From positions 18,069,071 through 18,102,602 of the forward strand of contig NC_069004.1 in assembly GCF_001194135.2 (NCBI RefSeq): a stretch of 33,532 nt of DNA. The letters run 5' to 3'. Shown here piece by piece: positions 24,310-33,532 of the stretch (position 1 is the first letter of the stretch; each line of letters starts with the position of its first letter). Under the pieces are notes generated by a model, which made no database searches, was not told the origin of the DNA, and saw only the letters and a program-made list of their open reading frames with translations. The stretch comes from Octopus bimaculoides (taxonomy: Eukaryota). The position numbers were made by a program, and so were the translations under genes.

Positions 24310-24536
24310 CAAATTAAAAAGGGTGACTTCTTAGCAATGAGAACCTAAAGGCAAAGTTAATAGAGTAGTACCCCCTATCACTTTTGTGATCTCTCTATAT
24401 GTATATGAATATATACACATACACGTACATTGGGTCAGGCACAGATATAAATGTACTGCTTCGTAATACTTTTATCTTCTTCTCAACGTATGTGCATGTA
24501 TCTGTGTTTTTATATACGTATATGTACAGACAGACA

Positions 24537-24588
<52 letters not shown>

Positions 24589-24811
24589 AACACACATAAT
24601 TATACACATACATACTAAGAGAAGTTTATGTATATGTATATTGCAAACTGCTGCTTGTGTATATGATACTATGGATGTTGTACAATCTGACAATTTTCAT
24701 TAAAAAATCTGTGCTGTAACGCTTTGCTGATATAAAGATTATGTAAATGTCACTCACCTTCTTCTATTCAATCCATCCAATGTCTCCGTCCACGAATAAC
24801 TTGGTAAACTG

Positions 24812-24812
24812 G

Positions 24813-24877
<65 letters not shown>
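24812..24877. repeat. (GTT)13 + (ATT)9
   Basis: Seen directly. Confidence 0.95.
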
Positions 24878-25413
24878 GAGTGAGAGAGCAGTATATGCCA
24901 TCAAAGTGACACTGGGGTAAAATATATGAAGCCCAGTATACCCATCAGGACAACCCGTCTTATGAGGGTACACAAGGCACATGCATCACAACCATATGTG
25001 CGCGACATGGTGATCTCGTATCAAGATAAACAGTGCATGACCTCGCAGGTGGGGCCCTGTTAGAGTTTCCGTTTGGTTGAGTAGCCCATCTCGCTCAAAA
25101 GATCCCTGAATAAGGGTTGTTTAAGGATGTCAAAGAAACACCCATGCTTCGAGAGGTGAATAATTCAAGACCTAAGTAATACTTCTTAACATGTGGCTAT
25201 GATGTTCCACCTCTACTTTTGCTCGTGATCAGAGATGCACATATCGTCAGCCACCAAGGGACATGCTCAACTAGTTAAGATCAAACAACTGACAAACAAG
25301 TCTGTAGTATTGAGCAGAATATTTGCTGTAGTCCATCTTTTATACCAAGACAAAATATGTACATGATAACACTTCCAATCAGTTATGATCAGAAGCCATG
25401 AGAGCCAGTGCTG
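24878..25413 (-). mobile_element. Putative retroelement 3' UTR or non-autonomous repeat with an (AAT)n tail
   Basis: 536 bp of complex non-coding sequence bounded on both sides by (ATT)n. Orientation is inferred from the tail; identity is not verified. Confidence 0.45.
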
Positions 25414-25431
25414 ATTATTATTATTATTATT

Positions 25432-25898
25432 TTATGTTTGACTTTTGTTTTGCATTTGTACAAGTTGGATCCAAGTCTCACCCAGAGACCTCAAGAGACA
25501 ACAAGTTAGAAGTTCATGTAGGTGTTATGCCTATAGTACCATATATTTGGATTTGTACAGTTTTGTTCAAGTGAATGTTTAAGAAACCATAAGAAAATTA
25601 TGTGTTTGCTTTAAAATTTGAGATCACATAGACAGTATTTTACGTAGGATATGGGCAGTTCCCATGAGCACTATCTTTTGAACTTCAGCCATTTTGGGGT
25701 TTCCTGGTATCTGAGCTAGGTAGTAATCAGCCCGTTTCGCTGTCATTCCCAGGGCACCTATGACAATAGGTATTGTTTTCGTCTTCAGATTCCACATTTT
25801 GCTAATTTCTATTTCAAGATCTTTATATTTGCTCAGTTTTTGGTAGGTCTTGACAGATACGTTTATATCGATTGGGACAGTCATATCAATGAGGAGGC
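25432..25898 (-). mobile_element. 5'-truncated RLE-class non-LTR retrotransposon (R4/Dong/HERO-like): endonuclease C-terminus + 3' UTR
   Basis: Uninterrupted frame CLLIDMTVPIDINVSVKTYQKLSKYKDLEIEISKMWNLKTKTIPIVIGALG…EVQKIVLMGTAHILRKILSM* (stop 25624-25626). It contains the second acidic residue and Lys region of the PD-(D/E)xK RLE domain. A ~190-nt UTR and (AAT)6 follow. Confidence 0.9.
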
Positions 25899-26385
25899 AT
25901 TATTATTATTACTCATGGGGCAGACACCTGGAGAAATAGTTTGTCTCACAAACATTTAAAATTTTATGTACACGTATCACATTTAAACATCCCAAAATGG
26001 CTACCACACATAATTATACCACGTGATAAAACAGTACATTCGTAAAATAAGTACCACACAGAATCAAAACACACAACTAAATGTGCAAGATGAAGAAAAT
26101 CATTAGACTAGCGCACAATTAAGAGGAGGAAGTGTCTTAAATAATTAAGTAATTAGGAAAACAAAGGCAGGTACAACAACAACAGTTGCTAGTCTTATAC
26201 GATTCCAAATACTGCAGCCCGTTTGGATATCATCTGGGTCAAAACATACGTAGCCATAACACTAAGGGAACAAGCAGAATTCTTGGACTTATCACGGTCA
26301 CAAGAAAAAAAAAATTATAGTTTGTGAAATTCTGTAGGAACTGACCGTTTCTTTTCTCCTGGAAAGTTTCCAGGGGTGGGGAGGA

Positions 26386-26641
26386 AAGAAGAAGAAGAAG
26401 AAGAAGAAGAAGAAGAAGAAGAAGAAGAAGAAGAAGAAGAAGAAGAAGAAGAAGAAGAANNNNNNNNNNNNNNNNNNNNNNNNNNNNNNNNNNNNNNNNN
26501 NNNNNNNNNNNNNNNNNNNNNNNNNNNNNNNNNNNNNNNNNNNNNNNNNNNNNNNNNNNNNNNNNNNNNNNNNNNNNNNNGAGGAGGAGGAGGAGGAGGA
26601 CAAGAAGAAGAAGGAGGAGGAGGAGGAGGACAAGAAGAAGA
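26386..26641. repeat. (GAA)n and (GGA)n purine arrays spanning a gap
   Basis: Seen directly. Confidence 0.92.
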
Positions 26642-26864
26642 ATGTTTTCTTTCGGTCACCACCATCAACATCATGAGGATAACACACCTAACTTTCTTTC
26701 GGTCACATATTTGTACTACCAATACCTGCAGGTAAGTTCTGCTCATTGTAGATCCTAACATGTCTTTTAAGACCCCCATTGGATTTGCAAACCCTCTGGC
26801 ACACACCACATTCAAACGTGTGCACAGACATATAATCAGAATAGCTGGTTGAAGTTTGTTTTCC
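26640..26864 (-). mobile_element. Degenerate C2H2 zinc-finger coding relic, probably the 3' end of an RTE-type LINE
   Basis: FECGVCQRVCKSNGGLKRHVRIY (26748-26816) is C-x2-C-x12-H-x3-(H>Y, one transition). A partial QICDR lies downstream in another frame. Bounded by (TATG)n and (TTC)n. No TGEKP linker. Confidence 0.55.
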
Positions 26865-27737
26865 ATACATACATACATACCTACAAACTAGTCTAACTTG
26901 GACTACTAACCAGGACACTGGTTCTCAGTTTGAGGTTTATAATTTTGAAGAGCAGGGAATCGTCACAAATAATCTGATTCACAAACAGGACAAGGATACA
27001 GAAAAACAATAAACTAAAGAAATACCTCAACCGATGCAGGCTTCGTGAAATTAATCAGATCATAACCAGCTGCCGGAAAATGACCTCAAGGTATCATAGC
27101 TAGAACACTATTTAATGAAATCTGTGGAAAGGATAATCTCGAGAATACAAATATATGAATGGTGGGCAGTGATTTAGAGAGTATAAATCCACATTTCAAA
27201 GAATACTTGGGGAATTTTTCTTCAATAAAATGCAAGTACAACAGAGCAAAGATAATAATCTGGGCTTAGGAAAAGAAATTATGAACAATAATTGGAGTAA
27301 TTTGTCCAGCAGATATCAACTCAATGTTAAAGGTTAATGAAGAAGTGAACCCCTGCACTTCATCCAGATTACAACTTTAAATTTCTATCAATATTTATCG
27401 GACCAGATGGCTACGTCTCTAACTGTTACAATACTAACCTTGTGAAGGTGAGATTCACAACCCCCCCCCCCCAAAAAAAAAACTAGAAAGAACCCTCCTA
27501 ATCAGATTACGAATAGAAACTGTCAATGGTACTGTGAAAATATGAAGTTCAGCGTGAAATAAGATCCACGATGCTTGCATACATGTGGCTATACATGTAT
27601 CTACATATGTACATGCGTTCATCCATATAGACATACAAGAATAACCTGTTTGATGCCGGCTAAATTCCGGCGATAGTCTTCTTTCTCGGCTACAAACCGG
27701 CTCATTGACTATTGTTGAGAAATTCTAAAAATAAGAC

Positions 27738-27878
27738 AACATACATACATACATATATACTTGCATACATACATAGATACATACATACATACGTACGTAC
27801 ATACATACATACAGACATAATACATACAAAAATACATACATACGTACGTACATACCTACATGCATACATATACACACA

Positions 27879-27931
<53 letters not shown>

Positions 27932-27990
27932 CTCTATAGATACGTACATACATACAAGTACGTCTGTGTGTGTGTGTGTGCGTGTGTGTG
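27738..27990. repeat. (TACA)n, (TATC)n, (GT)n compound microsatellite
   Basis: Seen directly. Confidence 0.92.
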
Positions 27991-28586
27991 TGTTATGCTT
28001 AGAAGCGATGCACATTACCAGAATTTTCATCTCAAGTTCAATTGAACAAACCACTCCAAATCCTTGTTATCGTAACCATCTGAATGGAGTTAAGACTGGC
28101 TCGCTTGTACTGGCATAGAGTTGTATATTGTATGATAATGAAGTCAAACCGGATGACGATACTTTGAGTACCTTTAATATGCATGTTTCAGATAATTGCG
28201 CAATAGGCAAAAAGGGAATTTCATCACTTACGCCATATTTTCATCCGTTAATACATATCAAAATATTTCGATATGTTAAGACATATGCCAGTTAAGATTT
28301 ATTGTCTATGTCTTAACTGATGAATATTTTGCGTAAGAGATGAAGTTCCTTTTTTATTTATTGTGAAATTACCTGAAATCTAAATATCAGATGCGTTCAA
28401 TATGTCATTTCTTCGTTTGTCTTCATTATTGCACAAAAATCAAAATATACATATACACACGTTTGATAATGAATGGGAAACGAACTGATCATCGTACAGT
28501 TATTAGATACAAGTGCTCAATACTTTTGTGCTCAGGATAACAGAGGTTTGAAAATATCCCCAGCCTGTAGTATATAATGAATGAAA

Positions 28587-28773
28587 GAGCATCTATGGTG
28601 TTACGTGAGTTGCTAGAACCAGTAGTCAAGCCTCGCTCAATTCACATCGTACCGTATTAAGTAAAGGTATCAACATCACAGTGTAATCTCTGATGTAGAA
28701 AAAGGAAAGGTTGGTTTTGTCAGGAATGCCTGTGTTCAGATGCCTGTTTAATCAGCGCCGTACTGGAGCTAAT
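28587..28773 (+). mobile_element. Highly degraded family 'C' repeat
   Basis: GCTAGAACCAGTAGTCAA…CTCAATTCACATCGTACCGT…GGAATGCCTGTG…TAATCAGCGC is collinear with 9613-9747 and 10021-10140. Confidence 0.4.
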
Positions 28774-29398
28774 ACGTCTCCTCACATTGTTGTCGTCATC
28801 ATCCTCATAATCAACAATAACATAAGAAACGTCATCACGTAGGAAATAAAACCACTTCACCTTTAGTCATAAACGATTTGTTTTTGAGTAACAATGATGA
28901 AAGCTAAAATCAGGGGAAAATAACGGAAAATATGGCGGAAAAGCTCCAGACGTATTTCGAGACACATAACAAGTCGTTCTTTTTTTTATAATTCGGCCAT
29001 TGTGACATTTTTTAATAAAAGTATTTGTCCACTCTTGATCGACTTCCTTATATTGTGACCACACCCCCAGGTTCAGTTTAATTATACAAGCATATGATTA
29101 TTCAAAGAATCGACGTTTCAATTACCGTCTGTTTTTGTGAATTCCTGTTTAATGCTTTATAATATCAGTCTTTAGACGAAAGTACAAATGAATAGATCAA
29201 AAGAAATGTGAAAAAAGTATTAAAAAATCAAAAACATATAAATGAAAATTTATTTAAAAAGTACCATCTTTCTTCAGTTACGCTTAGTTTTTCCGTCTTT
29301 TGTCATTTCTTTTACAGCAAAATAGTTCGTGATATTAAAGTTTGAGTTCGTCTCACGATTTTTATAGAAGCCATATTGTTAAAACTACTGAAAACTCC

Positions 29399-29431
<33 letters not shown>

Positions 29432-30030
29432 TATATATAATATTGGGATATATATGTATATATATATGCGTGTGTGTATATATGTATGTATATATGTATA
29501 CATATGTACATATATATGTCTGTATGTGTGTGCATGTGTGTGTGCGTGTGTGTGTGTATTTACATACACGCTTACATATACAGGCGTATGTGTCTGTACA
29601 TATTTTATTTTAAAATGATTAGCATAGAAGTAGATCAACATAAGTGAAAAACCTTAAATGTAATTATTAGAAATATTCCGGATGCAGTCTCTTTTATCGG
29701 GAGGGATCTCAATCAAAATATTAGAAAGGGGAAACAAGCTAGTTCATCTATTTCACTGAGTCCTATAGAATGAGTTGGATGATTGAGGAATTTCACTCCA
29801 GGATAACATGCTAGCCTAGCACCACCAACTTAACCAGGAATCCTAGATGCCAGACACAGGTACCTGATTTGTTTTGATCTAGCACACCAATGACTGAAAA
29901 AATTCAATGAAAGAAAACTTTTCTTTTATGTAGATAAGACTCACGTTATTCAATCTGTCTTTCCTGACAACATGCATACAAAACTCAGTACTGGAGTTTA
30001 AAACCATACGGTCAAAAAACTTGTCATCAT

Positions 30031-31265
30031 TGTAAAAGTCAGCAACGTTTCAAACTATGAAGAATTTGTACCGGATTTTTCCAAAGTTTTGAAATATTTT
30101 AAAACATATTTTTGAAATCGTCTGATAATACAGATATAGACTTGACCAAATGCATAAATAAATTAACTTTGATTTTTTTTTTTTACCGTTGTTACAATCA
30201 TCTGAAATTGAACTGTCAAAGCGCGATATTCGAGCAATTTTCCTATTCAACTTCAAAAAAGGACGTAAAGCAGCTGAAACGTTTGGTGAGGAAATGACCT
30301 GTGAGTGGTCAGCTCGGAAATGGTTTAAACGATTTCGCAGTGGAGACCCGAGCCTTGAAGATGGTGAGCATAGTGGACCCCCATCTGTCATCGATGACGG
30401 TCAATTAAAGACCGTCATTGAGAAAGATCCACGTAAAACCACTCGATAACCAGCAAAAGAACTTCGAGTTAGCTAGAAAACTGCCTGCAACCATATGCAT
30501 GCGATCGGAAAATCAAAAAAAGCTTGGCAAATGGATACCACACGATTTGAATGAAAATCAGAAAATGCGCAGATATGAAATTTGCTTGTCGCTTCCTCTC
30601 CGTAATCAGACCGATCCATTTCTCGACCGTATTGTAACTTGTGATGAAAGTGGATTCTGTGCAATAACAAAAAACGTTCTTCGCAGTGGTCGGACCAAAT
30701 GAAGCACCGAAAACCTTCCCTAAACCCGAGCTCTTCAAAAAGAAGGTTATGGTGACTGTTTGGTGGTGTACTGCTGGACTCATCCACTATAACTTCTTAA
30801 AACCCGAAAACATAATGCTATAAAATTGCCAAAATGAACGAAAAACTACTACTTTTCCGTCCCAGACTGGTCAACAGAAGAGGGCCAATCATTCTTCATG
30901 ACAATGCTCGGCCACACGTTTCACTAATGGCGCTTCAGAAGTTAAGAGAACTTAGCTCGAAATTTTTCCTCACCAGTTTATTCCCCAGACCTTTCTCCTA
31001 CTGACCACCACTTTTTAAAGCACCTTGATGGTTTCCTGCGAGAGGAGTTCAAAAATCAAACAAATTCTGAAAGTGCATTCAAAGAATTCATCAGCTCCAG
31101 AACTCCAGATTTTTATGTTACCGGAATAAAGAAACTTGTAACTCGTTGGCAAAAATGTGTTGATTAAAATGGTACTTCCTTTGATGAATAAAATTTCTGC
31201 ATTGTTGAAAAATATTGTAGTGAATTTCATGTTGCAAAACGTTGCTTACTTTTCACTCAGCCTGA
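30031..31265 (+). mobile_element. Near full-length decayed mariner (cecropia subfamily, Hsmar1-like); transposase pseudogene ~30207-31191
   Basis: IRAIFLFNFKKGRKAAET…WFKRFRSGD.SLED, WIPHDL, FLDRIVTCDE, KKVMVTVWW, LHDNARPH, YSPDLSPTDHHFLKHL and RWQKCVD. Stops at 30447 and 31165 plus frameshifts. Right TIR AAACGTTGCTTACTTTTCACTCAGCCTGA|TA; the left copy AAAAGTCAGCAACGTTT matches 16/17 but lacks the outer end. Confidence 0.95.
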
Positions 31266-31366
31266 TATAGATAAATGTTTTCCGCGAAAATTTCAAATAG
31301 ACTCGTTTAATACGGGTAACAACATGCAGCCAAAACCAGACTAACCAAATATCAAGTGCTGGCCAG

Positions 31367-31417
31367 TTTCCACGCCGTGCCGCTTTCTACGCCATGCTGC
31401 CTTCCACGCCATGCCAC
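31367..31417. repeat. 17-bp tandem repeat x3
   Basis: TTTCCACGCCGTGCCGC / TTTCTACGCCATGCTGC / CTTCCACGCCATGCCAC. Confidence 0.85.
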
Positions 31418-33026
31418 CCTTACTGAAATCATAAAGACCTAGACACCGCAGGCTTCCCTTCCCAGCTAGAGCCATCGCCTTTTCCATTTTGTCTGCTGGG
31501 ACCGTGAAGTGATCTGAATTATAGGAAATCAAGAGAATGTAAGAATTCCGTTGCTTGCAACACAAACAATATTATTTGTCCCCTTTATAGAGTGGTTATT
31601 TCATAACTCATCTAAAATGGTGATCACCGACTTTCAGTTCAGCTAATCGACAACCAGTCCACTCGAAATGGCAGCCAAACCAAGCAACATCGGAAACCCG
31701 ATCTCTATCATGGAACTACAAGCCGCATAAGGTTATTCAACTTCTAAAAACAAGCAAAGCCGACACTACCACTAGAAAATCCAACAGCGATAGTGTCGCT
31801 CAAATCAATTAACGACCGACGATCATACAAATATTGTAATTTACAATTTGTCATGGCTTGTACAAAGCACACCGCTCAATCCACCACTGCAATTAGCACC
31901 TCCGACGCCGACATCGACGTAATATTTCTTTACCAACCGACTATACTGCTAGAACTGGTAGTTAACATGGACCGGGAAATAACGACTAGTCTGATAGAAA
32001 TAGCAGCCGATACAAAACAGACAGCCGAACTACGCGGTCCAGTTAGTGGCCGGCGACACAAACGACGAAAATACAACCAAACAACTGTTTCGCACACATG
32101 AGATCACAGAAGAGACTCTGAAGAACTCTTTCATTCCATATTTCTATTTTCTTTACTCGCAGCAGCATTAATTTAGTACATTCACATGTAATCAAGATCT
32201 ATTTTCTTTTTTTGGGGGTGGGGGGTTGTTATTTTTTAAAGAAAAGAAAAGAATAATGCATACACTGCAAATTTCATTTGTTCTTCATGCTAACACATTT
32301 TATATTCTTGCAACAGATACGTCCAAAGCTAATGCACTCATTTTCCACAAACCTCAAGCTCAGACACAGGACTTTCGTAATTCTTGTCTCTCGCCTCATA
32401 CGAAGCTGTTGCAATCGAATTACTGGTCACCATACTCACATAACTTACCATTGATGATTAAAGCGATAGAGTCGTGTTAGCTTCAGAACGAGGCACATAA
32501 CTTTGTGCCTCGTTATTCCACGGCGGTTATGCACCATTCATACCGCTCGCTATTCTCTGGCAGTGGAAGCTGGTGCACAAGGGATTGTTGCAGCTTAAAT
32601 AGCTAAACTAGGTGGTCAGTTCGCAATCTAAGGTCGCCAAAGAATAGCAGCGAAGATGAAATACCTTGTCAAACCCAAGTGTAGAGCTCAATATGGCCAT
32701 GGGCAAAGAGAATTGTAATTTGGAGCTGAAAAGGAATATTGCAAGCTGCTGAATATAATCGGAGGGAAACCCAGTTAGAAATAGATCCATGGTCGAGCGA
32801 TATACTTCACAGTTCACGATAACAACGTCACTCGAAGGTTCCAAGTTCAACCTCTATTAATGGTGGTATTTCAAAAACAACAGCAGGACACCTAGGAGTC
32901 ATAACTTAGGTGGACCCGGCTCACTTAAAGTGTCAGGAACTAACGGGCAGAAGCAGTTGCTTGACGGAAGATTTCTCCCGCTGCCCTCTCGCCGGCGAAT
33001 TTCCATTCAATATGCATATATGAATT

Positions 33027-33059
<33 letters not shown>

Positions 33060-33299
33060 TATAAAGAAATATTTCTATGTAGACACTATATCCACACGTA
33101 TATTTAGATATACTTACATGCGTGCACATATATGCATTATATACACGCATACAGGCTTGAATTTTTTTACAACTGCAAACACTACGACCTCTACCATTCT
33201 TACCTCGTTAACACCACGACCACCACAACCATTAACAGAAGATCGCCCCCAACACCTTCCTCGCAGCTAAATGTTACTACAGGCGACAGCGGCGAGGCG

Positions 33300-33435
33300 C
33301 ACCACCGCCGCCATCACCACCACCACCACCACCACAACCACCGCCGCCACCACCGCTACACTAGCGCCACCACCACCACCTCCAACACAACCCCCCACCG
33401 TCACCTCCATCACCGTCACCTTCACCACCGCCGCC
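33300..33435. repeat. (ACC/GCC)n degenerate trinucleotide repeat
   Basis: Seen directly. Confidence 0.85.
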
Positions 33436-33532
33436 TATCCTATGCCGATCAATAGTTAGTGATTCAAATTCTAGTGTGTAGCTCAATAATTGCTCAGGTT
33501 TGCACTCCATAACCTTTCTCTGTGTTCGTATA

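Noticed and set aside
30207-31191. SETMAR/Metnase host gene
   Set aside because: No SET domain, multiple stops and frameshifts, and flanking TIRs; it is a free mariner relic.
32608-32850. 80-aa minus-strand ORF as a LINE ORF1 or host exon
   Set aside because: No recognisable domain motif, and its length is within chance expectation.

Overview
Repeat-saturated, AT-rich eukaryotic (metazoan) scaffold DNA. The SINE families and extreme microsatellite density suggest an Octopus-like cephalopod genome, but that is my inference from recall, not a search. Twelve N-gaps total about 3.8 kb (1273-1282, 1896-1905, 2932-3638, 5024-5682, 8950-9103, 11127-11776, 12832-13297, 15632-15697, 17187-17831, 20693-20702, 21913-22187, 26460-26580). 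I can support no intact host protein-coding gene, rRNA, true tRNA or CRISPR array. Most ORFs in the track are microsatellite or gap artefacts. Contents: several tRNA-derived SINE families; three decayed mariner (D,D34D-type) transposons plus a mariner MITE; an L1/Tx1-type RT fragment; two 3' ends of RLE-endonuclease non-LTR retrotransposons abutting microsatellites; a C2H2-finger LINE 3' relic; and long di-, tri- and tetranucleotide arrays. Best leads: a degenerate type I hammerhead ribozyme motif (~21549-21594), apparent (TAA)n-targeted stacking of retroelements (24851-25910), and an old ~400-bp tandem unit built from inverted short repeats (9478-10790). I found no convincing evidence of a novel multi-gene system.
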